64,000 bases of DNA from positions 1,550,001 through 1,614,000 of the forward strand of contig JAMWBK010000003.1 in assembly GCA_029953675.1 (NCBI GenBank). The letters run 5' to 3'. Within the stretch, counting starts at the first letter, position 1, and every line of letters starts with the position of its first letter. The translations under genes and the position numbers were made by a program. A model generated the notes under the pieces. The model ran no database searches, had not been told where the DNA came from, and saw only the letters and a program-made list of their open reading frames with translations. This DNA is from Rhodosorus marinus CCMP1338. Lineage: Eukaryota; Plantae; Rhodophyta. This document shows, one piece after another, positions 1-12,689 of this stretch.

Positions 1-633
1 TTTTGGTCCGGAAATATTAATTTTTGTTAATTGAAAGGGAAGCGTGCTAGTTTGGGTTGGTTGAGGGGCTTCTTGGAAGCATCGGCGGATTGTCAACCGA
101 TATTTACCTACCAACGCATCTTGCAGCTGGGGAGGCTTTTGCAGCTACGAAGTTCAGCGGAGCAACCGCGAAAGACGCTCCTTCCGGCTTGTCCTCCGGC
201 CACGCGCTCCTCTCGCTCGTTTGCTCTGAAGCTGGTGAGATGCCGCTCCAAGCAAAGTGATGTCGAGCTCTCTTCACTATGAAAATGCTGTTTGCCAATG
301 GGATTGTAATAACTCTTTTCACTACCATTTTCTGCGTTTCACCGTCCCGCCTGCCTGTTCTGAATATCACAATGGGCTTGTTGGTCCTTGCCTTTGCATA
401 GTTTGGGAAATATAGTGCTCAGGCCCTTTTATTTGAGGAATGCACTGTGCTCATTCCTTTCTCTTCTGGTCTTCTTCTTTCCCCCCAACCAGTAACGGCG
501 GCAAGTGGTTTTCCCCTAGGGGAACGAGACAATTTGTATCACCGGACGTTTTCGTCAACTGGGTTGCTGCCCGGAACAGTCACTCGTACATAAAGTTCAC
601 TGTGCGGGAAAGGGACATAGACAGGGGGAAGAG

Positions 634-1305
634 ATGCAGACAGCGAAGGTTGAGGTGATTGAGCCAAAGGCTGAGGCGGCTGAAGTCTCTGCTGATGCCC
701 CTGTAGAAAAAAAAGAAGCGATCCCGAAGGAGTTATCGCTTGTGGAAAGCATGGGAACCAACGGGATCATTCCGGACATTCAGAACGTCGTAGCAACCGC
801 AAGTCTAGGAGTGCAGCTGGATTTGAAAACAGTGGCTATGAAGGCTCGGAACGCAGAGTACAACCCGAAGCGCTTCGCCGCCGTAATCATGAGAATAAGA
901 GAGCCAAAAACTACCGCCTTGATCTTTTCGTCCGGGAAAATTGTCGTTACCGGAGCGAAGCATGAGGACTTGTCTAGAACAGCGACGAAGAAGTATAGCA
1001 AGATCATCCAAAAGTGCGGGTACACGGATGCGAAGTTGAATGAGTTCAGCGTGCAGAACATCGTCGCGAGCTGCGACGTACAGTTTCCTGTTCGTTTGGA
1101 GGCTCTTCACACTGAGCATTCCGGGTTCTGTACTTACGAGCCCGAAATTTTTCCGGGGCTCGTCTATCGTATGATGTCCCCGAGAATTGTTCTCCTAATA
1201 TTTGTTTCCGGGAAGGTCGTTTTAACTGGTGCCAAGGTCCGAGACGATACTTACAGGGCCTTCCAGAAAATCTATCATGTACTATCACAATTTAGAAAGG
1301 GTTGA
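634..1305 (+). CDS. TBP: TATA-box binding protein, intronless
   Basis: Two TBP repeats: [55 protein letters not shown] and [48 protein letters not shown]. The intercalating Phe residues are intact. Confidence 0.98.
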   Translation: MQTAKVEVIEPKAEAAEVSADAPVEKKEAIPKELSLVESMGTNGIIPDIQNVVATASLGVQLDLKTVAMKARNAEYNPKRFAAVIMRIREPKTTALIFSSGKIVVTGAKHEDLSRTATKKYSKIIQKCGYTDAKLNEFSVQNIVASCDVQFPVRLEALHTEHSGFCTYEPEIFPGLVYRMMSPRIVLLIFVSGKVVLTGAKVRDDTYRAFQKIYHVLSQFRKG

Positions 1306-1789
1306 GGTGAATGCTGTGTTTTTCCCGCCCACATTATGATAAAAAACTAAACTAAGCGTTGCACATAAGACCCTGAATTAATTCCTGTCTCTTCCAGCCT
1401 GTGATCGATCGCACATCAGGGCCCTGTCGTGAATTTGACATCAGCAAAGTACCGAGAAACGCGGATAGCTGTGGATACTCATGGGTGCATGGGCAATGTA
1501 CTAGCTCCAGCCTTTCCGGCTGTCCGCATTGCTGATCAACCATATTTCTGGAATAGACCCGCCACACTCCACTCCTCTCAGTGAATGGTCGACTGCACCA
1601 GAATCGACTTCATGAACTGACAACTTTCTAGACAAGCCTTAACTGTGAATCCATGGCAATGTGCCGTTACATGTTGTCCACACGTACAACGAAAGCATTG
1701 CTAAGAGGCGGAGCGCTGAAAACATCGTCAAGCGCAATCGCGTTCTACTTCGTCGGCAGCAAGGACCCGCTTTCGCGGCTCTGTCCTTC

Positions 1790-2761
1790 TCAGCTCATTG
1801 GTATGCACAGAAACTTGTAACCCCACTTGGGGTGGTGGTGATAGCCCGACTGGAATAGACACATGAACTTGGGTTTCTGTACAACAAGGAACTTCCTGGA
1901 TTTCGAATATTGAAAACTCGAGAAAGTCTCCTGACCTTCTTGATCGAGATTTAGGCTGAGCTCTGCCCCTTCGGCAAGTTCAGTTCTAGAGTCAAAGAGA
2001 ACCAGGGTGCTTCTACACCACGGCTGCATCTCTACGGAGATCTGTTCTGAAGCCCCAACTGAATGTGGATGGACGGATTCGAACATCTACAACCAGGCAC
2101 CAGAGAAAGTCCACGGAATTCGAAAGAGAACTACTCAGAGACAGTTTTTCACTTGATCCTCTGGCATGTATTGCTGGTTGACTACCTGAGGGACCCGTCT
2201 CACTCTATCCAGAATTCGGCTGTCTACGGAATCATCGTCACATGCCGGGTAGAACTCATCAAAAACTGTTTTCTTTGCATCATAGAGGGACATCCCCTTC
2301 GCGGAATGGAAGGCAGTCAATGCATCGAATCTGAACTTCTCAATGCAGTCATGTTCAGTAAGGACCTCGATAGGCTGGACCTCTTCAGCGAAAACTTTGG
2401 GCGATATGTCGAACAGTCTGAGCGCAGGTGGATGTACAAAGTCCAACAGAATCTCCCGAATCCTACTCACCTGCTCTGGCTTCCAGAGCTGTATCAAGTC
2501 AGATTCGATTCCCGCTCGTGGCGCAGCCCAATTGACCACCACTCGCCACAGATCATCCTCAGAGACTGGTAGACAGTCTCGCTTGACCAGCTCGAGAAGA
2601 GTGTCCTTGGAAAATCTCGATAGTTGCTCCTCAGACCCCCTCAGAAGGTACGGATCCCTCAACAGCGCATCATCCAGAAGGCGGCTAATCTTCTTCTCAT
2701 CTCTTCGCTCGATTGCTGTAGCAACCGCATTCCAGAGCTCTGCCTTCTCCAGTTTCAACAT
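1790..2761 (-). CDS. BACK-like helical domain plus C-terminal CUB-like domain protein (BTB/BACK-related family), at least 2 exons
   Basis: The 208-aa ORF has BACK-like LSRFSKDTLLELVKRDCLPVSEDDLWRVVVNWA. A GT..AG intron (about 2087-2152) joins PEDQ in frame to MFESVHPH...LFDSRTEL...KWGYKF (ESxHP...FD..TE...WGYKF CUB-like pattern). A BTB exon upstream was not found. Confidence 0.6.
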
Positions 2762-3779
2762 ACATTTACCGGTCTTTCAAGCTGATCAGATGACTGGTTC
2801 ACGCTTGCAGACGTTTACCACTATTCGCTGTTCCGTCATACAATACAACTCACCAAGCGTAGCATCAGCACTGAGATTTTAGGCTAGTAAAGTCCAGCTG
2901 AGTAGCAAGTGCACCCCCACGAGCGACGGGGCCTTCAACACGAGCCTTGTTGCCGACGTACTGACCAAATTCGATCAAAGGCCGTTTGTACTTGACAAAA
3001 ACACAGCTTGTCGAAGCTCAGAATGCTCAGTGTGTTTGTTTTTTCTTCTCGCAGAGAGAAAAACCTCTGCATCTGAAGGTAGTATGGACGTCCCGCACCT
3101 TTTATCTTTTATAAACCACTGCCGAGCTCTCATCTTCATGGAAAAACAAAGTCTGGTGACTGGGTAGGAGCTGTTCTAGCTATGAAGGGAGTGCGAATTT
3201 ATCCCGATATCTTTCTCTGCTCCACTTTACAATTCCGTTCCTCTTCCACAACAAAAGACAAGTATCCGCTTCAGAGGGCTGCTTAGAATCCGGCGGGTGA
3301 AGTCTGGCGAGCGTTTCAAGTGCAGCATAGCTGTGAAGAGGTCGTGATTTCATCGTGAACTTTTGGAGATCTCCTGTCTCCTGTACTTTGAAAGACATCT
3401 ATTGCTCCTCACCTGTCGTGGATCATCCCCTCAGAGACGTTCTGTCGGGTTCCGTTGTTCCGGCGATAAAATTTGTAACAAGGCGAGTCGCGGACAAGAA
3501 AGAGAAACAGAGTTGGAAAGTATCGGCCGCTCCGTGCCGAATGGGAAACACGATAGCAAGGCAAGACAAGGAGCCTTTTATGTATGTAAGCCATTTGACA
3601 TATGGAGTGTGTTGAGTGAGGAAGGAAGGAGAAGTGCGCCTAAAGAGTTCGTGGAGGCGTAGGAGAGCTGATGATTTGCCACCTTGGCTCTATGACGACT
3701 TGAAGTACGGGGTTGTTCTTTTGTTTTGTGGGTTCTTGTGGGTTTTTTATTGCTGTTGTATTTGTAGAAGGGAGTCATT

Positions 3780-4767
3780 ATGGATGGAGTACCTGCGGAC
3801 GCTGGAGCCGCGGCTTGCTCTGCTTTCCTGGTTGCTCCGTTTGTATGTATTGTGGATAAGTCAATCATTTCAAATGCATCGGGGAGGAAGCCCCTATGGC
3901 AGAGTATGAAGGACTCGTTCAAGGAATTTCTCGTGCGACCGCATGTTTTCATGCGTCGGCCGGAGTTCGCTTGGATTTTTGGCCTTTACGGGTTAACATA
4001 CTTAACTGCAAACCTCACTGACAGTATCTGCGAAGCTAAAAGCGCTGACAAGACCATTCCAAAGTTTCTGACCACATCGAGCGTCAACTTGACCGTATGC
4101 ATAGCGAAGGATAGAGCATTCACTAGAATGTTTGGTGTTGTTTCACCAAAACCGTTGCCTTTTGCGACATACGCGTAAGTTGAACCCTGTCACCACCGAA
4201 AACGCGAATAAGACTGATGCTTGTAAGGACCTGAAACCTCAACTGCTTCAGGTTGTTTGCCGCGAGGGACTCGTTGACGATCTTCACATCCTTCTCTGTA
4301 CCAGCACACGCGGCAAAATATGCTCAAGACCGGCAAATTCTCTCACCTGAACGAGCTCTTCCAGCTGTGCAGATCGCATGCCCACTTGCTGTACAGATTA
4401 TCTCTACCCCAATGCATCTGCTTGGCCTTGACCTATACAACCGACCTAAGCAACCCGTTGCGTCGAGGTACGACACTTTCCGCACTCATCTTCCCCCATG
4501 CAGAGCGGTAACAATCTTCAGATCAGCACGCTCTCTGTTCCTGTTGAGGTCTCGGATGCAAAGTTAACTTTCCTTGTCTGAGCTGAGCGAAAAAATTCGT
4601 CTTATCCAATGCGTCCTAGGCTTTCCTTTATCGCACGCGAATACCTCAAGAGTACAGCAGCGAGGTTTGCTCGAATTGGGCCGGCCTTCGGCATCGGTGG
4701 AGTCTCGAACACGTTCCTCCGACAAAAGTTCCAGCTCATGGGGAAGGAGGTTTTTCATCAGGCATAA
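3780..4767 (+). CDS. Conserved multi-pass membrane protein, probably mitochondrial (fungal/protist family, distantly sideroflexin-like); 3 exons
   Basis: Exon 1 has LVAPFVCIVDKSIISNASG...LYGLTYLTAN. Intron 4175-4251 restores ALFAARDSLTIF...STPMHLLGLDLYNRP. A second intron (about 4468-4619) leads to ARFARIGPAFGIGGVSN, with the stop at 4767. I recall these motifs from an uncharacterised eukaryotic family. Confidence 0.7.
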
Positions 4768-5520
4768 CTGAGCCCACGCCTCCCGTCCCCCCCCTCAACC
4801 CGACCGAGGAAGCTTTTGCTAGATGTCATCAGCGTACGATTGCCGCATGAGGAACAATCCAGGGACAGATCTAGCGACGAGGTTTCTCCAGGGAGCCGAG
4901 AAAAGTGCAAGTGAAGAAGACGTCGAAACCCAATTGGTTACCGCGGTTGCGGTCGCTGGTGCAAAAAGGCCTTGAGGATTTACCGGGACTGCAAAGATTG
5001 CTTGCTGGTGTCGAAGCTTGCTTGTGTCGAAGCCGTTGGTATGATGAAGTTCGCAAGGAATTTTCCTGGCCCACACCTCGAATAAACGACCAAAGATTAA
5101 CGATTTTGAGCAGATCCGTCGCTTTGAGGAGAGAGGAAGCTGTGCTCAGGTAAGCGCACGGCAGATGAAGAGTCTCAACAGAGTTGGCTTGGACAACTGT
5201 CTCTGCAGCAGGAAGCTAGATTGAATAAACCCCAGAACTTTTTTTTTTGCGAATTCCGTGAAGGAGCGACTCTGACGTAGTCGTGGGTTCGAAAGTTTAC
5301 GGCGAGATGTTCAAGAGGAGAACCCCTTCCCAATCTGACAAAAAATCCACAGCAAGAGACTCCACTGAATTATCTGCAAACGTGGTGCATATAAGCAATG
5401 CGCCTGATTTCATGAAAGAAACGGAGACAGCCGGGCGAAGGGTTTATCGCACTTTCATCGGAATCTCCTCCGTTGTCAGTCCCAGTGAACACTTGTCCGG
5501 ACGCCGACCAGGGGTTTGCT

Positions 5521-5646
5521 GGAATCCGCTACGTAGAGCGAGAGGACGGTCAACCTATCCACATGGATGTGGTTGCGTTAGTCTGGGGTTATAGACTAGG
5601 GAATCCGCTTGTATACAGCGGGAGGTCGGTCAGCCTATCCATGGGA
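5521..5646. repeat. Degenerate direct repeat, 2 x ~47 bp, period 79 nt
   Basis: ggaatccgctacgtagagcgagaggacggtcaacctatccacatgga (5521) versus ggaatccgcttgtatacagcgggaggtcggtcagcctatccatggga (5600). Confidence 0.7.
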
Positions 5647-8552
5647 CCATGCAGGAACGTGAGTTCTGTTCATGCAATTAAACCCATTCAACAGGGTTTT
5701 CGACGACCGGTAGCACCAAGTATATAAACTCCAGGCTGGGTTTGTGAGTCGATGGTTGCTGTCAACATGGGTTCTTTGTATATGCCACCCTTGCTTGGCT
5801 AACTGCACAGAGATCAGTCAACCAAGATAAACACTTGCCGACTAGAATGCAAAACGCTGGTTCAAACTGATGTTGGGATCCCTGCCTCTGATCAATTCAT
5901 GACGATGGCTCCCGATCGAAACGCACTTGTTTTAGCGCGGCGCAGCCGCGTAACCGAGCTTAGAGAGTTCTTGATTCTATCTCCCGCCGTCTGCACGTGG
6001 CAGCACAGTCCAGCCACTGACGGAGATTGATTTCTTCGAAGCAGTAGGGCGACCAGATTGGTCGTCAACGTTGACTTCTTCATGAGATGACAGCCAATAT
6101 ACTCGAACTTGTCTTGCGGAAAAGATCTGAGGTGCCTTTGCTCAGGACGAGTTACTCACGATGGATAATCTCAACCCCCGTTTTCGTCGGCGTAGATTGG
6201 TCCCCTTTCAAACGGCAACCTCGAGCGCTACGATCGATCTGCTAGGCGGAAAACTATTCATCCCCCCCCCCCCTTCAACCCCAATCAATAATTCGCACAT
6301 TTTCAGAGTGAAGTCTCCCACCTACCCCTCTCAGACGGAGCAAAAACCATGTCCGCGGTCCATATTTCCGTTTTTATAATTAAAAATGTCCATTTTCCGA
6401 AGGTTTACGGTTGAGCTACGGGTTCGGAATGCCTCCAGGAAACCTACATTGGGTCTACTCTTCGCCCAGAAAAGGGGTAGTGTGTTAATTCAGCTCAGAA
6501 GTTCTATTGATCCTAATGATTGCTTCTCCATGTAAAACCCGAATGAAACGCCCTTTTTGGCTTATTTTTTTTATTTCCTTTCAGCCCCATTCATATTCCC
6601 ATTATTCCTAAGGTTTGGGGGTGTGATGATGCATTTTCTTAGTCCCCCACTCGAAATTTGCCAAATCAGGATTTAATATATTGAATAAATATCAAAGAAA
6701 ACCTTTCATTGCTCTCTGTGAAATCTGTTGGAATTCCGTTTCAACGAAATCCTCTGTTCGCTTACGCAGAGAAATACTTTCAAAGTAGATTTTCTGAAAA
6801 TATTAGATTATCGGATGTTTATGCCAGCAAAAATATTTTTAATTATAAATAGACCTTCCTCTACAGAAATCTATAATTTACAACTTTTTCCGATTCGGAA
6901 AAAATATCATCAGATAATTCTTCGACAATATATATTTCCAATTTAGCCAATCGTCGTAGAATATATAGAACAGTCTCAACCACCCCCCTCACCCCCCCCC
7001 CTCCCCTTTGCCCCGGAACGGAGGCCTTTGTTCCTTAAGTTCTTCGAATCTTAGCGGTATTTCGAGTGCCTCAGGATGGCCTTCGAAGGGCAACCGCGAT
7101 GAGCCATAGGCTATTTCTGATCGTGCCCCCTCCAAAAAAAAAAGACTGCAAACGTAATCCATAATGGAGATAAAAAGGTTGGTTTTTGGTTTGTTTTTGG
7201 GGGATTATTGGATGACGGAGAAAAAAAATACATGGGGTGAAGATGCGAGACAAATATACCGCAGGCATTTTTAATGGAAATATGATTTTCAAATGTTACA
7301 CCCCCCAGAGAACTCCGGTAGAAGTATTTTTGCTAGGGGCTTAAATCTGTAACATGTTTCTCTAGGTTAGGACAAACTGTCTTGATAGAAAAGTACTCTA
7401 CCCCTTGATTAATATTAACAAAATACGGATAAGTATGGCAAAAAACATTTTAATACTTCAAGTAGTTTCGATGTGAGGCTTGATATCTACCCCTTCCATT
7501 CTTCTAATTGGATGTGTTGAACTAAAATCGATTAGATGATGCGAATTGCGCGATGAACGACCATTTATCCTTCTCGAATAAGATGTTGAGGATTTTTTTG
7601 TTTTTTTAGTTGTACAGATCTCATTCTCACCAACCCCTCCTTTTCACTCTCCTCCCTCGAGGTCCCCCAGAAGATCAGATATGATAAATACAAGAAATAT
7701 ATAAACCCCCCTATCACCCCAATCTCAGCTTTCATGCGATATACACTTGTTTAACAAGGCCTCTAAAATTTACCTTTTCTTATATAAGAACTCACTTGAC
7801 ACTATGTTCAGAGGGGTAACCCTCAACCACTCCAAAAAGCTATAGAAACTGTTGCAAGGGTTTTTTTGGCTGACAACATTCAGTCCTGATCTTTGGAAGG
7901 GGGGGTTGATAGGGTTGGGGTCTCGATGCTGAAGGAGAAAGTTTTCACTTGGAGGGGAAAAGGAGAAGAATCCCTTCGGGGTTTTCTGTTGCACGATTGA
8001 AAGGGCTGCGCGGGAGGATTTGTGAAGATTACCAGAGTGTAGGATTTTGGTGAAGACAGTTAGGTTTTTAGGAGGATGACGACCAGACGGCAATCTGTAG
8101 GTTGGAAAGAGAATTCTTGATGAAAAGAGTTAGATTGAGGCTACCTGTAGTGGATTTTTTTTTGTTTTTTTGCGTGCATAAGGGTTTACGAACGGTTTTG
8201 TAACTGGGAGGAGTGACGGGTAGGGAAGAAGCAAACAACCTGGGAGAAGAAGAGTAAGGAGTAGCCTTTCTGCTGGGAGAGGAAGGAGGGGGAGGGAGAG
8301 GGGCGTTTGCGCGAATTTTGCAAAGTGTCGTCTAATTATTTATTGCTCGTAGACTTTGGGGAGGTTGGGAGGGGAAATTGGAGGAGGGTTACGTTAGTCT
8401 GGGTACAGAGGAGGGATGGCGTGGTTTGGATAAGGAGAATTGAAGCGATTGGTCAAGAATAGTTAGTTTGGAGACGTTTGAGGGTGTGTTTTTGTAGGGC
8501 GAGACTTTGAGGTCGGGGAGTTTTCCCAAAAAAGCTTTTGGCGTTTGAAAAC

Positions 8553-10397
8553 ATGGAGAATGAACTGGATGCCTTGAAGGCCGAGGTGGCAGCCCTCTCG
8601 GCTGAGGTTCAGGCTCTTGAGGATCTCACTTTCACAACCGCGAACGCCGTAAATGTCGTTTTCGTGCTGTTGAGCGGTTTCCTCGTGTTTCTGATGCAAG
8701 GCGGGTTTGCCATGGTAAGCCTTGTGCTGTTGTGCAGTTGTGCTGTCATCGGCGGCTGCTGCCGTCACGCTTCTACTGTAGTCGTTCTAAGGATGCTAAG
8801 TATGCGCCTGGTTTTCTGTTTTCTCTGACAGCTGGAAGCAGGTTCAGTCAGAACGAAAAACACGAAGAACGTGCTATTGAAAAACGTTTTGGACGCCTGC
8901 TGCGGTGTGATTGCATTCTACGTTTTCGGTTTTGCGTTTAGTTCAGGAGAACCATCAAACGCTTTCATTGGCTACGGCAACTTCGCCCTCGCGGACTTCC
9001 CCAAAGAGCAGTATCGGGAGTTTTTCTTCGCCTGGACGTTCGCAGCAACAGCCGCAACAATTGTGTCGGGGTGTGTGGCGGAGCGCACTAGCTTTCTTGC
9101 GTATCTCATGTACACAGTATTTGTCACCTCTTTTGTGTACCCTGTGGTTGCGCACTGGATTTGGTCACCTTCAGGCTGGTTATCTGCCGAGAATGAGGAT
9201 CCGCTGATAGGAGTGGGCGTCTTCGACTTCGCCGGAAGCACGGTGGTTCACGTCGTGGGAGGATTTGCAGGTAAGACACGCTTGTCTGCCCGCGGACGTT
9301 TTAGATAGCAATCCTAACTGTCCGACCCGCTTCCGAAAGACTTTGCTTGTAAATGTTCTTCTCCTCAATCCGAAGTTGGATGCTATTGTGCCTCCAGGCC
9401 TGATGGGTGCCATCATCGTGGGTCCTAGACTGGGTCGTTTCGACGAAGACGGCCGTGTGACACCTATGCCGGGACATTCTGCCACTCTGGTTACCCTTGG
9501 TGGCTTCCTGCTGTGGTTTGGGTGGTACGGTTTTAATACTGGATCCGCTGGAGCGGCGACTTTCGTGATTGACGACCCGGAGTTAATCGGGTCAACAGTT
9601 ATTCAGGTGGTCGCTGCAAACACCACAGTCGCAGCGGCCGCCGGGGGGATAACCGTGTTGGTGCTCGTCAGGCTTCGTGACGGGCTGTTCGATCTCATTT
9701 CATCATTGAACGGAATCCTCGCTGGCCTTGTTTCTATAACCGCTGGATGTGCCGTGGTCGAGCCGTATGGTGCATTTGCGATCGGGTTAATCGGCGGGAG
9801 CATTTACGTGCTTAGTTCGTGGTCGCTCCTTCTACTAAGGATCGATGACCCGCTCGATGCCTACCCGGTTCACGGTTCGTGCGGAGTATGGGGTAAGCTC
9901 CTACCCTCCAAGCATGACTGTTGGGACGCAAAAGATGCTAAATCTGGAGCATCTGACCTCTCCTTTCTTGCTCTGTATATTGCTCCCTAGGAACGCTTGC
10001 CGTCGGTCTCCTCGCGACCAAAGAGTTGATGGCGATGACCTCGTACAACAACGATTCCTGGGGGCTTTTCTATGGAGGCGGATTTCGTCTGCTTGGGGGC
10101 CAGGTTATTGGGGTCGTCTCTGTTATTGCCTGGGTTGTTGCAATCATAGGATCGTTTTTCTTGATTCTTCAACGCCTTAATTTGCTTCGTATATCACCGG
10201 AGCAGGAGATGAGAGGAAACGATCAAATCAAACACGGAGGCGTTGCCTACCCGGAGATGAAGACGGGGACTAGAACGAGGAGAGTCGTGGAACCACACAG
10301 AACAATCGACGGGGACGACTCTGAATATTCCGCTTCTGATTCTGAAGTGATGAAGGACTCAAACGATAATCAAGGTGATGTACAAGGAATACCCTGA
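8553..10397 (+). CDS. AMT1: Ammonium transporter, AMT1 type (paralogue A); 4 exons
   Basis: Introns 8715-8831, 9271-9397 and 9893-9990 give a continuous frame with MQGGFAMLEAGSVRTKN, DFAGSTVVHVVGG, WFGWYGFN, NGILAGLVSITAGC, PVHGSCG and the C-terminal LRISPEQE..G.D..KHGG.AY. Confidence 0.97.
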
Positions 10398-12689
10398 TGG
10401 ACAGGAAAAGTCTAGGTAGTGGAGAATCGAGTGTTTGTTTTGTTTGTACCCGGTATATGCTGGTTACACTGGCGTGTCCGGTAAGGGATTTGTGTGGAAG
10501 GCTTTCGAGTTTTCTGACTCTGTAGATACGCAACTAGGGAACCTGTATAATGGTGGATTTTCATTCTGTAAAATACGGAAGTAACGTCGGCTCACGAGCG
10601 AGAACTCAATCGACCGACATAGAAGCTTCGGCTTTTTGCTGACGTGTATGCTCCGACAAGTCGCGTCTCTCCCAGCACCCGTTCGACCCTTGAGAAGCTT
10701 CAGCTTGATTGATCACTTTTCTAACGTGGTGGTGGGTTTTGCTCGGGCGGGGCCTTAAGGCGACTCAGTAGGTCCAAGACTTCGGAGCAGATACATTCTG
10801 TATTCCAGGAGGCTCGAGTTCCCGAATTGCGGTTGCTGGGACCGCTTACGATTCTCGTTTTGGTCTCGAGTCCACACCCCTACTAGTAGTCTCAGAACCC
10901 CAAATTAGCGTGTTTGCGTACCTGGTGACAGACACCAGCATCCCGCGCATGGTGGAAGTTTCCTCAACTAGGCAAAGCGATAGCCCGGGTGCAATTGGAA
11001 CTTGTAGAAAGTGGACTTGCTGTTTACCGCAGTACCCTCGCACCTGCTATCATGAAAAGCGCTCGTCACTTCCGACCTCTTTTTGTTTCTGCTTCGGAAC
11101 AGGGAATACCCTCATGGCTTACGATTTTGGATAGCATCCTTAAGCGCCCTTGTTTCTCCCGGCAAACGACCAACAACTCTTTCTCTACCGCGCTCTATCG
11201 GACAACCCCGTTGCCCTCGCGAAAATTGGACAGGCATCGGAGACTTGGTCTTGCTAAGATTTTTCAGCCGAAGAAACTGAACGTGGATTTTGTTGGATCC
11301 TGCTAGACAGCATTAGAGGCTACATTCAGACAATATGGTTGAAAAACGGATTGATCAAAGTCATCGCTTAGGAGAACCCCTGGGTATGGTGTCAACAAGT
11401 TTTGCTTCGATCGATCACTGTGAACGGTGACGATTGGGAAGAAAAAGTGCAACCGTGTAATCAGCGCGTATTCGATGAGCCCATCTCGCTTCACTTTGCC
11501 CCGGACGGCCCGCCAGTTGGACTCGCTGATTCGTGAAGAAGAACGCTGAGGGCAAAAGTTCGCTCACCGCCCAGAGCTGACCGTGTCCGATTGCTCGTGA
11601 ACTGCTTGCCGTATTCACCCACTGCCCGCTGGTTTGACATCAAGACTATTGAGCTACTACAGCGCAGCGCAAACCCGAGCGCAAACCCAACCCGCATTCG
11701 GGTTTGCGCTGCGGGAATGATTCTGATTGTGGTGTCGATGTTTCGAACTCCGGAGGGTGCCCTGAAGTCTTCGATGCAGAAACCTGGACGTGTAACAGAC
11801 GACACACGCGTCTATCTTTTTGGATACTCTTTCTTGCCCTTGTATCAACGGCTGCATGTCGACTCCGCAGCGTCGGCCTCACGTGATATTGCCCGAGAAA
11901 GGTCTACGAGCGTGGCGGAGTACCGTTTCTGCTGAACAAGAAAAGCTTCTACTTTGGGCCCATGAGGAGAAAACCAAACCTTTTTGACAACACGAGGTGA
12001 ATGACCTACAATGGGTAAACACCAGTTCCCCCTAAACCGAGCAACTTGCCCATAGTCCTTAGTCGTTGCAAGGCGTAATCCAGGCTGGAGAAGTACCGTT
12101 CCCAGCAGTCTACGCATGATCGCTTGAAAGTGCAAGGGGAGTTTAACAACCGTGCACAGGCAGCTGAAGTACAGAGCTTTATAACTGCTGAAATGCCGGC
12201 TGGGCTACTAAACCAGCATCATCATCGTTCATTTAGAGACAACAACCGTGAGAGGGTTCTCCCTCTCAGAACGCTTAGGCTAAACTGAGAGGACGGAGCT
12301 TGGAAATAAGTGAGAGACCTCCCTTCCTATCTGTTTTCCCGCGCAGAGGCCTGGCCCCCTTTTTATTCCCTTTTTATTCCTAGGACGATGCGCTCTCTTC
12401 GGTGCGTTTCGGATGCTTGCGGGCCAAACTAATTGTTTCTCCGACTTCGAAATAAGAAAGCGGGTGCTCGACGATGTGATACGGTTGGGACTTTCGCACG
12501 ACTGAAACCGATCTGTAGTTGTCATATTCCCCGTACGGCCGCGGGTGATAGGGTTTCGGCGCTGGAGCGGATCTTTGACGAAACATGCTCATATTGTTGA
12601 GCAAAGTATATAGCCGGAAAATAGTCTTTGTTCTCTTTTTATTAATCTTCTCATATCTCAAGAAGGTAAGGACAACTCGTCGGTTTCTC

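Noticed and set aside
6100-8550. GATAA motifs upstream of AMT A as fungal-type nitrogen elements
   Set aside because: The number seen is about what chance gives in AT-rich DNA, with no clustering.
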